DNA of 64,000 nt from Camelus dromedarius (lineage: Eukaryota): positions 33,730,001 through 33,794,000 of the forward strand of contig NC_087437.1 of NCBI RefSeq assembly GCF_036321535.1. Direction: 5' to 3'. The notes beneath the pieces are model-generated. The model worked only from the letters and a program-made list of their open reading frames with translations. It searched no databases and was not told the origin of the DNA. The position numbers and the translations under genes were made by a program. Below, piece by piece: positions 1 through 13,003 of the stretch (position 1 is its first letter; each line of letters begins with the position of its first letter).

Positions 1-39
1 ATCACCCTTGTTGAGCGCTCAGTAACTCACCCCTGCTCT

Positions 40-200
40 GCAGCCACACCCTCCTAATGGCTCATTCCTTCCCTCTTTCCCTCCTTGCATCCAGTCTCCC
101 CACAGCCTCCAGATTACCCGTTCTAAAACCTGGCTCTGATTCTGTTACTGCCTTCAGGGACTCTCCAACACATAAAAGAAATGCCAAACTCCACGATATG
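40..200 (+). mobile_element. L2 LINE remnant (highly diverged)
   Basis: 'tccagtctccccacagcctccagattacccgttctaaaacctggctctgattctgttact' resembles the L2 3' region; boundaries approximate. Confidence 0.5.
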
Positions 201-329
201 GACTGAAAGTAAACTTTTCATTGTTCCCTTGGGAGCTTTTCTTCCCCTCAACTCTACCTCATATTGTTTTCTCTGAGAGGAATACCATCTCACTCAGACA
301 TTTCCCACCCATTAAAATTCCCCTCCTCC

Positions 330-680
330 ACATCCTTGCACAAGTGTGAGAAAATGTTTCCACAAGGATGTTCATTGTAGTCAAGTCTATGATAAGGAAA
401 ATTAAAGCCAACTCTAATGTCCACCAATGAGGGGCTGATTTAGTAAATTATAGTCCATGCGGTTTTTCAGTGGAATACTGTTCTGCTGTTAAAATGATAT
501 AGATATCATTTTATTATACAGACATAGGGAAAAGTCTACAGAATATTATCAGTCAAGAAAGTAGGTTATATACCAGTTTATAAATGCTTTTTCAGAGGTA
601 AACAGAGGTAAACTAGGTGGTTGAACCTGTACTTTCTTCCTAGTACTTTTCTACTTAATTTGAATTTTTATAAATACAAC
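330..680 (+). mobile_element. Ancient L1 (L1ME-like) 3' fragment
   Basis: 'aaggatgttcattgtag...aatgtccaccaatgagggg...taaattatagt...gtggaatactgttctgctgttaaaa' follows the old L1 ORF2-end/3'UTR pattern. Confidence 0.6.
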
Positions 681-692
681 CACAGTTACAGA

Positions 693-925
693 AGTTACCA
701 TTTGTTGAGGGTTATTTGCCAGGCACTGCGCCTGGTGTTTTACATAGAATAATTCATTTAGTTCTTACATCCGACCTTTGAGGAGATTATCATCATCGCC
801 GTATTATAAAAGAGTAAAGTGAGGGTTGTGGGGTGAAGAGATAGTCCCAGGGTCACACCGCTAATCACAAACAGAGTTAGAATTCAAACCTCTGTGTTTC
901 TGACTCCAAAGACCATACTTACAAG
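693..925 (-). mobile_element. MIR SINE
   Basis: 'catttgttgag...tgccaggcactg...cccagggtcacaccgcta...agaattcaaacc...tctgactccaaag' is the reverse complement of the MIR consensus. Confidence 0.8.
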
Positions 926-1114
926 TCATGTTATATTACAATGAGGTATCATTTTTACAGAAAGAATAACGCTACTAAAATACATTTTTGCATTCTTATA
1001 AGTTCACACTCAATTGCTTTCTTCCTCAAAATCTTCTCTTGTCCCCATATCCAGAAGCATGATGTGGTAGGAAGATGAGAATAGAGTGAGAGACATATCA
1101 GATACCTATAGAAT

Positions 1115-1445
1115 AGTTTTTAGTTCTCAATATAAATAGCATCATTCTATATATTATACTATTTTATAAATGTATCTGGCTGTTCATACATAAAAATGCA
1201 TCCTGGACATCTTCCCATAACTTTATGTCTCAATCTTCCTCATATTTATTAACAGTTTCATAATAATCTATTGTATGGATGTGCTGTAGTCATTTAACTG
1301 CCCCCACCTCATGGGTGGTCATTTATGTTTATAAATTTTGCTATTATAAACATACCAGAATGAGCATCCTCACTTAAATCTATGCTTGTACACATATGAG
1401 ACTATTTTTGAAGATGGATTCCCAGAAATGGACTTACTAGGTCAA
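1115..1445 (-). mobile_element. Ancient L1 (L1ME-like) fragment
   Basis: 'tctattgtatggatgtg...ttttgctattataaa...atgagcatcct...ggattcccagaaatgga' is antisense old L1 ORF2-end/3'UTR. Confidence 0.6.
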
Positions 1446-1659
1446 AAAAAATTTTTTTTCTTTTCCTTTATCAGAACTCCAAAAAATTTTAGTTGTAGTG
1501 AGAGAATCTGATCTAGGAACCAGCTGGTTGGACTCTTTTGTGGCCTCTGTTCCCACTCACAACCTCCCCAGGTGTTGGCAACTGTCTGCACACTGTAGAG
1601 GAAATTTCCTTGTAGAGGAAAAGCGCACTGCACTGCGAATTGCCCGTCTTCTAGTGAGT

Positions 1660-1775
1660 TGTTGGTCACCCAGTTGCTGTGTGACCCTGAGCAGTAAGTG
1701 ATGCCTCTGGTGACTTTCATTTCCTCTTCTGTAAATAAGATCCTTCCATCTACAGCAGTGTTCCTTAACTCTAAA
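1660..1775 (+). mobile_element. MIR/MIR3 core fragment
   Basis: 'gctgtgtgaccctgagcag...catttcctcttctgtaaa' core motif. Confidence 0.45.
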
Positions 1776-2590
1776 GACCGGAATAACACTTAGTTATTCT
1801 GACTTCTTTGATTTTGAAAAATAACATACATGCCACAAAGGGTTATCTGGCCTCACTGCAAGTTCAAATGGTATGGTGATAAGACTGTATTAAAAACATT
1901 TATAAAGGTCCATGGTAAAGAGTTCATTATGGTTCATTAAATCCCCTCATGCTTTTATCCACTTTAGTTACTGTATTTCCTGTAAATGGGATTTATGCCA
2001 GGGCCACATTAACACCATTTCACATTGTACTGTACTATTACCCACTGAGCTTGAATCAATTGAATGAAAGAGGCCTTTCGAGTGTATTGATTTTCATTTA
2101 TCCAAACTCATCTGTTTGCTTTGCTGCATGTTCATACGTTAGAGCAGCTCACAGCTAACCTGCTCCGTGGTGTTGCTTTTTTCCCTTAAGCATTTAATAC
2201 TAGGAAATGCATATGATAAATACTAGTGTAAGAATTGCAAACCTTTCACTAGAAATACACTTTTCCAGGAATGGTATAAGGGCTTGGATCTCTTTCTCAT
2301 GTCTAAAAGAACACTGCCTAAAGCAAAATACGACAGCCTTTCTTCCTGCATGAAGGCGGCCACCGTCCGTTCTCCCAGCCCATAGAGCCTAAGTCCAGGG
2401 AGCCTGCCTTCCTCCCCCTAGAAATAAAGCATGTTGTCAGGACAATGATTCTTCTAAGTGTAAAGTTTTGCTCACTGTCAGGAAGCAAAGTATTCTACTG
2501 CTGCTCTGCAAAGAAACACTCCTGTTTCTCTGATCAGAGATCAAACTGAAATCTGAACAAAAAGAAGTGTGCAATAGAGAAACAAACACT

Positions 2591-2937
2591 TTTATTAATT
2601 GTACATTCAGTTACAATGTGTCAATTTCTGGTGTACAGCACAATGTCCCAGTCGTGCATATACATACATATATTCATTTTCATATTATTTTTCATTAAAG
2701 GTTATTACAAGATATTGAATATAGTTCTCCGTGCTATACAGGAGAAACTGTATTTTTCTAATCTATTTTTATATATAGTGGCTAACATTTGCAAATCTCA
2801 AACTCCCAAATTTATCCCTTCCCATCCCCTTTCCCCAGTAACCATAAGATTGTTTACTATGTCTGTGAGTCTGTTTCTGTTTTGTAGATGAGTTCATAGT
2901 GTCCTTTATTTCTAAGATTCCACATATGAGTGATATC
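2591..2937 (-). mobile_element. Lineage-specific L1 3' end (copy B of tandem pair)
   Basis: 'ttacaatgtgtcaatttctggtgtacagc...agattccacatatgagtgatatc', antisense L1 3'UTR, well preserved. Confidence 0.9.
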
Positions 2938-4079
2938 TTTTTTTTTAATTGAAGTATCATCAGTTAACAATGCTGTGTCAATTTCTGTGTACAGCATAAT
3001 AGTTCAGTCATATATATACATACATATGTTCCTTTTCATATTATTTTTCATTATAGGTTTCATTACTAGAAGATATTGAATATAGTTCCTTATGCTATAC
3101 AGTATAAACTTGTTGTTTAGCTATTTTATATATATTAATATCTGAAAATCTCAAACTCCCAATTTATCCCTTCCCACCCCCTTCCCACCCTGCCAACCAT
3201 AAGTTTAAGTTTGTTTTTTATGTCTGTGAGTCTATTTCTGTTTTGTAAATAAAGTCGTTTGTCCTTTTTTTTTTTTTTTTTAGATTCCACATATAAGTGA
3301 TATCTTATGGTATTTTTCTTTCTCTTTCTGGCTTACTTCACTTAGAATAACAATCTCCAGATTCACCCATGTTGCTGCAAATGTAATTATTTTATTCTCT
3401 TTTATGGCTGAGTAGTATTCCATTGTATAAGTATATCACAACTTTTTAGCCAGTCATCTGTCGATGGACATTTAGGTTGTTTCCATGTCTTAGCTATTGT
3501 AAATAGTGCTGCTAGGAACATTGGGGTGCATGTGTCTTTTTGAACTAAGGTTCCCTCTGGATATATGCCCAGAACAGGATTCCTGGATCATATGGTAAGT
3601 CTATTTTTAGTTTTTTGAGGAATCTCCATACCGTTTTCCATAACACCTGCACCAAACTGCATTCCCACCAACAATGTTGGAGGGTTCCTTTTTCTCCACA
3701 CCCTCTCCAACATTTATCGTTCGTGGGCTTTTGAATGATGGCCATTTTGACTGATGTGAGGTGATGCCTCATTGTAGTTTTGATTTGCATTTCTCTGACA
3801 ATTAGCAATAGTGAACTTTTTTTTTCATGTGCCTATTGGCCATTCATATGTCTTCATTGGAGAATTGCTTGTTTAGGTCTTCTGTCCATTTTTGGATTGG
3901 ATTGTTTGTTTTTTTCTTATTAAGTTGTATGAGCTGTTTATAAATTCTGGAGATTAATCCTTGTCTGTCTCATCTTTTGCAAGTACTTTCTCCCATTCCG
4001 TAGGTTGTTGTGTTGTTTTGATTTTCTTACGGTTTCCTCTGCTGTGCAAAAGCTTATAAGTTTAAGTAGGTCCCATTTG
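2938..4079 (-). mobile_element. 5'-truncated L1 (copy A): ORF2 C-terminus plus 3'UTR
   Basis: ORF 3545-3808(-) gives [46 protein letters not shown], the L1 ORF2p Cys-rich C-terminus. T-tract (tail) at 2938. 14-bp TSD gagaaacaaacact at 2577-2590 and 4080-4093 flanks both copies. Confidence 0.95.
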
Positions 4080-5034
4080 GAGAAACAAACACTAAATGCA
4101 CATTTTGATGTCCTTTTTCTACACTCCTTGCTTGATGTGTTTGTGTTTTGTATGTTTGATGTGTTGTGAGATTGTGTGACAGAGAGAGAGAGACACAGAG
4201 AGAAACCATTCATTTTGACCCAGAGTTAAGATTTTGGAAGTGGAAAGCATTTTAACAATTTTGATTGAATTGTTATGTTATTCACTGTATAATATTCACT
4301 GGATAAGAATATCTGGTGTGGAACTAAATGAGATGTCCTAGACTTATAGTAAATAGATCTTGAGTTCTGGTCAGGTAAATACTAAAATGTATTTACCTTG
4401 GGGAATAAATATTAGCTAAGGCAAAGCCAAGGCCATATTTCCTTTGAGTTGCAATAAATGTTTCCATACTTTGAAATAAGATTTTGTGTTAGAGCTAGTG
4501 ATTAAACATTATCCAAGGCCACAGCAGGAACTAAAATTATCAGGCTAATTCTAAGGCATCTTGCTTTTATGCTTAATGCTGTAAAGGATAATCATTGTTG
4601 ATTTAAGCAAGATCTGATGGTAGATGTTGGCATGAATAGAGTTGACTAAGTCTGAGTCCTCATTGTGAAATTGAGGGTGAATGAAATTCATTTATGAAAA
4701 GGTTGAGTTATTGAATGTACCAATGAGCAGGCATTTACTGACTTGAATAAAATGAACAGTTAACTTTAACAAAAGTTGAAATATGACAATTGATTAATAA
4801 TTGAGCTAATTGTTTTTCCTCATGCATTTTCATATCATGTACAGTGTCACATAATTTTTGAGAGATTTTTTATAGAAAAAGGTTTTTAGAAAAAAATTTT
4901 CCTTTCAAAAATAATTATATCATAATAAGTAATAAACATCTGACTGTGACTTGGTTAGGAACAAGGAACACTACAGAGATATATCTTCAAGAAGATTACA
5001 GTCTAATTGGGAAAAATAGCAGATACATGCAAAT

Positions 5035-5260
5035 ACGGTATTGTGCAGCTGTTAAAAACATGAGCTTTGGAATCTTAATAAGTTTGAATTCCAGCTCTGG
5101 CACTGTGACCTCGACAAGGTTTTCTGAGTCCTTAGTTTCCTAATCTATAAAAATGGGATGATAAATTTGATCTTATCAGATTGTAGTAAGAATGAAAAGT
5201 CTCTAAAGCACTGAAAAGGTGCCTGGAAAAAGGAGAGCCCTCCAGAAGTGGTAACTATTT
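5035..5260 (+). mobile_element. MIR SINE
   Basis: 'gttaaaaacatgagctttggaatc...tgtgacctcgacaag...agtttcctaatctataaaaatggg...gtgcctgg'. Confidence 0.75.
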
Positions 5261-5689
5261 TAATGATGTATTGTTTAGGTGACAGATGATAACTCGTGAA
5301 GGCAATTCAAGGAGGTACGTGATTATTGGATGTTAATGAAACAGAATATTTTGGCCTTAATTTCAAAGAAGAGCCCTCTAATGGATGGGTTGCATGGTCA
5401 GTCAGCTGTTTAAGGAAGAGATAGGATTTGAACTTGAGGTTGACAGAGGAATAGGGTTTTTATTAGTTGACACATAAAACAAGAAGTAATGAGCATTACA
5501 ACTTCTAGTGAAATAGCAGTCATCTATTCAGCCATGGCCCCAAGTACATCCTCCTTAATTTTCTCTTCTTGATTAATTACCGTATTAATATTTCTCCAGA
5601 TTTTTCTAATATTTTTTCAACCATTTCTTCTGGGTCTCCTTTGTTGGCACCTCTTCTTCGTCTTTTATTTCCCTCAAATGAAAAATAAC

Positions 5690-6225
5690 TTTAAATAATG
5701 AATGAATAATATAAAGTAAGAAAAGTGAAAATCACCAAAAATCTCATCTTCCAGTTAATACATAACCCCCTATTAATATTTTGGTGAAGTTCCTTCCAAA
5801 CTTTTATGTATCTCTCCATCACTCTGCCTGTCGCCCTATTTGGGCATGCACACAGACACTCACATACTTATCTAATATGATCTAAATAAGATCACACTGT
5901 ACATGCTTTTTGTAGTCTCATTTTTCTTTGAAAAATATGCAATATGCCATAAAAATTTTCCCATGTCAAAGAACAGTTTCTTTATATTTAAATGGGTTTA
6001 TCACATCTTATTGTATAAATGTTAATACAATTTAATAAACTCTTTAAAAGCCATTTATTTGTTTCCAGTTTTCCCTCTATTAAAAAAAAGTGCCACAGTG
6101 CTATAGTGACCATCCCTGTACATTCATTTCAGCCCACTTATAGGATGATCTCTTTAAGAAAAATTCCTCAAAGTGGAATAGAGGGATCAAATAATACATG
6201 CACATTTACAATTTTGGTATTTAGA
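5690..6225 (-). mobile_element. Ancient L1 (L1ME-like) 3' fragment
   Basis: 'gtttccagttttccctctatt...gtgacatccctgtacat...aaattcctcaaagtggaata' antisense L1ME pattern. Confidence 0.6.
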
Positions 6226-7919
6226 ACCAGAAATGACACAAACCAGAAATGACACATAAATTCACCACGTTTTGTCATATAAGACTTTTTTTTAAGAACT
6301 GGCCCAATCTTAACTTTCATGAATAAATAACACAATTACCTTTTTAAAATTAATGTTTGAAACTAAAATTTTAAAAGTAGGAATACCTAATTAGAAATAG
6401 TTATGTGTAATTTTATATAGAGCAATGTCTGAACAATAGAAAACTTATGGAAAGGGAAAAAGTTATCAAATTGGTTTTGTTGTAAGAAGTCTTGCCAATT
6501 GAGCTAAGGAAACTTCTTACTTTAAACGCCTGACTTCACAATTAAATAAATTGACTTTCTAGCACAGTTGTCTGACATCTCGATGAGTTATTGTGGTATG
6601 TGGAACCATAGTGATCATTTTAAGTCACTTGTAAAGAGAACTTGTGAGCTTGTAACAGTTTAATCCAATCTGTGCAGTTCTCTCATGTCTCCTAAGACTA
6701 TAGTGAATAACTTATGCTTTTAGTCATCACTTTCCTTGTTGTCATGTTTATGTAAGAAGCTTCCCGTCAATGTGACCTTGATGTTCCAAGTGTGGCTGCT
6801 TAGTGTGAAGTGTTTGGTTTCTCCACCCATCAGTACGAGTTGATTTTGCTAAATTTGGTTTATTTGTCAGATTCTATGTCACTTTTTAAATTTATTCTTA
6901 GTTTTATCAGCGTACACTTGATTTGATGATTCTGTCCTATTGGAATATGTGTTGTTTTGTATGACAATATAATTCTTAAATCCTGCAATTTCTTTATAAC
7001 ATTGTAGAAATTTTAGAACTAGAAAAATTCTGATCCATCATTTCCCAAAGTTTGGCCATCAAGGCATATATGCCCCCAGATGATAGTACCATATGTGTTC
7101 ACAAAAAGAGAATATAAATAAGCAGATATAAGTTAATTTGGGAAATCCTGGGATAAATAGCAGATCTTTTTACTGAAGGATAGTCATGAACCCACGTGCT
7201 AAAATCCTGTATTCTATGCAACGATTCACAGACTGATTTGACCTTGATATTCATTTTTATAAAGTACCCATTAAAAGTATTTGTGTCACTAGGTAGGCAA
7301 GCACAGATTTAATCCAGTCTCTTCATTTTACATGTGAGGAAACAGGTTCAGGAAGGTTAAAAAACTGTGATATTCTAAAGAAAAATGAACTTAAATAATA
7401 AAATAAATTAATTTTAAATTGGCTGCAATCATTGCATGTTGAATATGTACCATCAGTCCGTACAGAAATACTGAGCACTTTTATTAAAGAATACAGAATT
7501 ATTTACAACTCTATCCATTTGTAAAAAAGACTAATTTTAAAACTTTGTGACCTCTGGGAGCCAGTATTATTAGAAAAACATTCACTGTTAAATCAAAATA
7601 TGAAAATATAAATTATTACATACATAAAACACAAATAAGAAGGTGAAAGGGGGAACTTTGAATCCCACGTGTCTTGAGGTGATGACAGAAATTTTCAAAA
7701 TTGAGGTATAGGGAAGTCATCCTGACTTATCCATGATTTAACTTAAACCTTATGCTAACTGGAACAGCCTGTTTTGTGGCCTATCAAACATGCATTGTAC
7801 ATTTGCTTTAACCATTAAAGAAAAGAATGCATTTAAAAATCAAATTGGAGTAACTGTGGTTCAGGCATCAAAAATGGATCTGGGTGGGGGTTGTGGGTTG
7901 TGGATGTGGTTTTAGACAT

Positions 7920-8295
7920 GTTCCTGCATCCCTGAGAAATTGAATTTTCTGAAATGTATCAGATTCAAGGACAACACCAACCATTCTCAAAATAGTATCT
8001 GCTGGCAGCTGCCAGCTGTAGCCTTACCCTCTCAAGGTCCCCTCTTGCAACTTTGCATCCATTTTGTACCTCAACCAATCCTTGCTTAATAAGACCTTTA
8101 GTCTTGCTAGCTCCAATTATAATTCTCAACAGACAACTTATATAATTTTGCAGACTACCCCATTTTGTAGTCTGGCAGAACCCAGTTCAAGTGCTTCTTG
8201 AATCTGTGTCTCCTGGGCTATAGTCCTCAGTTTGGCTCAAATAAAACTCTTTTCTGTTCCTATTATAGATTTTTTATTGATTATTTTTGTCAACA
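7920..8295 (+). mobile_element. Solo ERV LTR (ERV1, MER34/MER39-like)
   Basis: LTR-type 3' end 'tctcctgggctatagtcctcagtttggctcaaataaaactct...gtcaaca' (polyA signal, terminal CA); 5' boundary uncertain. Confidence 0.6.
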
Positions 8296-8304
8296 GAGTT
8301 ATAA

Positions 8305-8445
8305 TGGAACATGGTATGATGGAAAAAGCAACCTGGATTGAATTATAGTACTGCTATTTATTAGCTGTGTGACATTGTGAAATTTCCTCATTTCTCTGAG
8401 CTTCCATTTCCTCACTTTAAAAGTAGTAGTAATGGCAATAACTAT
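8305..8445 (+). mobile_element. MIR SINE fragment
   Basis: 'tattagctgtgtgacattgtgaaatttcctcatttctctgagcttccatttcctcac'. Confidence 0.6.
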
Positions 8446-8787
8446 TTGAAAGTATCATTTAAAAACATCTTGTTCACATGGGCAACAGAATTATACTAGG
8501 TTAAAAATGTGTATCCTGTTTGAAGAAAATTACATGTACACACACAATAAAATAAGACTTTGAGAAATGTAAGAGCTATAAATGATTTATTTTCCTGGCT
8601 GAGAAGACTAACTGCCAAAAAATATCCTTTTCCTCACTCTTAAATATATATATAAAAAGAGAGAGAGAGAGAGAGAGGGAGATTGATTTAGATATATAGA
8701 TATAATATAATCCCAATCAAATTCCTGATAGGATTCTTATTAGAACTGAACAATGTATTTTTGAAAATTCAACTGGAGAAAGAACAG

Positions 8788-9260
8788 TTGTCTACACAAA
8801 ACCTAGGATGCAAATGTTTGTTGCAACATGATTCATAATTGCCAAAAGCTATAAGTAGCCCAAATGTCCATCAGTTGGTGAATGGATAAACAAATTGTGA
8901 TACATCCATGCAATGTGAGTACTACTCATCAATAAAAAGGGATGAAGTAATGATGTATATACAACAAAACAGAAGACTCTCAGTAGCATTGTGTTAAGAT
9001 AAAGAAGTCAGACTCAAAAGGTTTACCTAATATATGATTCCATTTATATGGCATTCTGGAAAAAGGCAAAACTATAGGGAAAAAATATCAAACTAGTCAT
9101 TGCCTGGGGCTGGAGGAAGAAATTGGCTACAAAAGGGCACAAAGGAACTTTTGAGGATGGTACTGGTTATATGACTATGTAAGTTGGTGCAAATTTATAG
9201 TACTATATACTGAGAAAGCATCAATTTTACTGTATGTAAATTTTACTGAAATAAACAACA
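8788..9260 (+). mobile_element. L1MB/MC/MD-type 3' end
   Basis: 'cccaaatgtccatcagttggtgaatggataaacaaattgtg...atatgattccatttatatggcattctgg...aaaggcaaaactatag'. Confidence 0.8.
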
Positions 9261-10389
9261 AAACAAAACATACACACATACTTTTTTTAAAAGTAAGCTA
9301 TTAAAAGTCCCTTCTGGAATGGAGTTGTTTGCCTGTATTCCTACAATATGTTAAAATGTATTTGAAAGAAAAGAATTAAAGCAGTGTCTCGTTTACAGGA
9401 GGACAGACAGATCACTAGTAGAGAGGAAATTAGCAGAGTCAGCCCCATTGTACGTGATAATTAAAGATCTTGTGAAAAGAGGTCCCACCAATATAATGGG
9501 GAAGAGAAAGATTCTTCAGTAAATTATTGTAGATTACTAACTGGTGAATGCTTTTTCAACTTCGAACTGACACCTCATGAACAATGGAATAAGTTTCATT
9601 ACTTAGTCAGTATCAAATCTTAAAAAATAAAATCATTTGCCAGGACTCTAGAAAATTTAGAAATATTATAAGTAAATGACAAAAATAGGTCCAACTGTCT
9701 AGAACATATATTCTCATATAAATAAAATCTTAAAAAGAAAAACAATGGGTGAGTAAAAGAAGGTATTCCCAACAAACACAGCAAGAGTTACAGGTTTGCA
9801 ATCCTACAATATAATTAGTAATAAGAAAAAATATTAAAACTCTGCAATAGATTGTGCAAAATACTTAATCACATCAGCCACAAAAAGTAAACATAACTAT
9901 CAAACGAAACATGGAAATATTTGAATATGATAAATGGAAGAAAAATGCACATTATTTTGATTACAGCATGCTAGTCTTTTATGTGTACAATAACATTGAT
10001 GAGCTCTTTTCTTGCTGCTAATGGTAGCAGCGTTTTTATACATCCCACTTAGAAAGATACTTCTGAAATATAAAAGTGTTCCCTCTTCTGGTCATTTTTT
10101 ACCTTATTAATATTTCAAATAAAGGAAAACAATATTTAGTTAAAGATATTCATTGCAACATTATTTATAACAATGAGAAAGTGAAATCAATTTAATGTTA
10201 ACCCTTGTACTAGATAGACTAGTATGCAGTCATTACAATTTTAATTATGCACACAATAAAACAGCATGGGAAGCAATTATTGTGATCTTAAATGAAACAA
10301 GCATAATACACATTTTACACATATTATCTACTCAACTATGCTTTTAGAGCCATGCAGTAGAGAAAAAAGACAGAAAATACTGCTTAAGG

Positions 10390-10600
10390 ACAACAGCAAA
10401 TGCTTATACAGCTCACACTGTGCCAGGCAGTGTTCTAAAATCTTTATGTGTATTTGTTGACTGAATGCTCACAATGTATGACTTCCATTTTGCCAATAAG
10501 GAATTGTGCTACAGAGAGGTCAGGGAACTTGCTGAAAGTCACATAGTTATAAAGGGCAATTTCTGGTATTTGAACACAGGAAGTCTCTTAACTGTTATCC
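10390..10600 (-). mobile_element. MIR SINE
   Basis: 'tgtgccaggcagtgttctaa...agagaggtcagggaacttgctgaaagtcaca'. Confidence 0.7.
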
Positions 10601-12847
10601 TATAAAACCTCAATGTGCTGTACTACCCGAAAAAAAGTGGATATAGTTGTGTTAGGTTGTAGTTGTGTTAATACTACCTGTGGCTTTTATTTTCCAACCT
10701 TTCTGTAATCATCTTAATTAAACATACACTTCAAAATGTTTACATGGGAGGCATTTGAGGGCTTCAGGGGAAGGGATGGAAAGTGTGAAGGAGAATGAAG
10801 GAATCACAACACCAGTCTATACCAAAAGAAACTGCCCACAGGCTACCAAGCTGAGGGATCCACAAGTCCTTCTGACCTGAGCAGCTGGGAAGCCAGTGTG
10901 TGCTCTGTGTGAGTATATGGGGATAGGGGAATGGGAACGTTTCCCTAGCTTTTTGATTGGGTCTCCCTCGAAGTCAATTAAGATTTAGTGGAAGGACCAA
11001 GAATATCCTGTAGAATCACAAAGTGGATTGTGACGCAGTTGAGTCAAATGTTTGGTCCTCTCTGATTCACCTTGGTTCACTCATATTAACACAGTAGGTA
11101 GCAAAAATTTTGAATTACTAGTCCTGGTGCATGGTCATTATTTTGTATCATAGAGAAAAACAAAATACTGGATGTGGTTCTGTTTTTTCAGTGAACTCAA
11201 TAAAAAACACATTGCCCCAGGTCCATCTGGAAGAGTGACACCGGTTGTATGAATAGCTATAGGCCAAATTACTTATTAAAGTTCATCAGAAGACTATTGA
11301 CTAAAATTGTGTAATTTATCACCAGTTATTGAAAAAGATACGAGATAATTTGCTGTCAATGCTTTAGGCTGCAATTGGGGGGAAAAAATCAGAAATATAA
11401 AAAAAATTGCCTATTTTTTTTTAAATGTCAGTAGGCAAAAAACAAGCATTGACTCTCATACTTTGTCATCTAAATATAAAGCGTGTTTCTTTTTTGGCAG
11501 AAAACCCAGCAATTCCTGTAATAAAAGTTACCCTGGAGGATATGTAAGAATAAGCTTAGAAAAACGTGAATAAAAGAAATCATAAAGAATTTCTTGGAGC
11601 TATAGTTGTTGATCATGAGGATTAGGTTTGACGGGAAAATATATCCTTTGGGAACTCCTATTAATTCTTAAAAGCAAATTTCACTACACCCTGTACAATT
11701 GTTTCAGTGCGTCTGATGCTGAAAACCTATTTTTATTGAATTTAGGAAACAGAGGTTTGTAATGCCCTAAAATCTACCCTACCGGAAGATTTTAAACATG
11801 CAGACAAAAAGCCAAACAAACAAAATCACCAAAACATCAAAAATCTAAAAATTCATAAACATAGAATGGGTAAAGCATATGGATTTGCAAACATTCTACT
11901 TTTGACTTATCCACGTGCTGAATTTCAAAGAGATTCAGTGAAAACAAGAAGAAACTGGTATGGCTAATATTTCAAGTGCTAAGTAGTTCATATAACATAT
12001 TTTGAAAAGATGATTTACTTTGTGAATAGTTTGATTCCCTCCTTTTCTTCCACCCCCATGGTCTTTTAAGCTGAAGTACAGCCTCTTATTCCAAACTGTA
12101 GGTTAGAATTGTCTCTAAAGAAAAAAATGTTTGGTTTCTGATAGACATTGGTTCACTCTGAAAACAGGCTATTTCTTATCTCTTAAGTGTATTGATCTCC
12201 TCTGAAGCTTTTTTGGTAATAGTCTCCACGATCCATTTGATGTCCTAGAGTTCTGTTATCACAGATATAAACCCAAAATATCCCAGTTCATAAAGGACCT
12301 CTAATGCCTCAGTGATTTGATTTTATAAATGTGATTTCAGCTCTGCCTTGTTTCTGACCATTTCATAGACTCTGTCAGACCATGGAGTCTTTTAGCAAAC
12401 TTTAAAATTTCTGAAAGCAACACAATTAGGTAAGCTGGACTCTGCCTGCAAGGTGTATTCCTAGTAGTCTTTGGTCAGTAGATTTTCACCATCCCGAAAG
12501 TTATGTGTCAAAACATGCTACAATTGGAGAAGCATTTTTAAGGCCCTGATTTAACAGAATATCCTAAAAAAAAAAAAATTAAGCATATAGGGGTTAACTT
12601 TAGTTTTGTATTCCAGAAATTTTAATCTCCAAAACTCATTATTTCAAAACCTTTCTAAACTATATCCTGATTCAGTTTTTTAACAGTAACAGAATAAAGA
12701 TGTCTAGACATAGAAATAGAAAGTATGAGTGGGGTCCCAGACTCATGCCCACAGAAGCCAGGCAGGTGACATGAAGGGATGAATCCCAACCGAAGTTAGA
12801 TAAGGTGGTGGGGAGCTCTAAGGCACATGAAGGACTGGAGAATTCAC

Positions 12848-12864
12848 GTCCCACCTAGTGGCCA
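12848..12864 (-). promoter_or_regulatory. Candidate CTCF site
   Basis: Minus strand reads TGGCCACTAGGTGGGAC, close to the CTCF core TGGCCASYAGRKGGCRC; motif match only. Confidence 0.4.
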
Positions 12865-13003
12865 AATGAAGTCCATCCACTGGCCAAATCTGGCCCCCAA
12901 GGGACACCAATCAGAGATCTCCAGGCCAGATAGTCAAGCTGAATGTGTCCTGTACCCATCCCAGGATGTCTCTTGACTATTACTTTTAAAATTAAGCTTT
13001 GAC

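Larger units (their letters stand above)
8520..10740 (+). mobile_element. Very old fragmented L1 (ORF2 to 3' end) hosting nested insertions
   Basis: 'tcccaatcaaattcctgataggattc..agaactgaacaa..tttgaaaattca' (ORF2 IPIKIP-like region) and 'aagatattcattgcaacattatttataaca'; interrupted at 8788-9260 and 10390-10600. Confidence 0.5.

Noticed and set aside
3545..3808. 87-aa ORF as a host gene
   Set aside because: It is the C-terminal fragment of L1 ORF2p in a truncated element.
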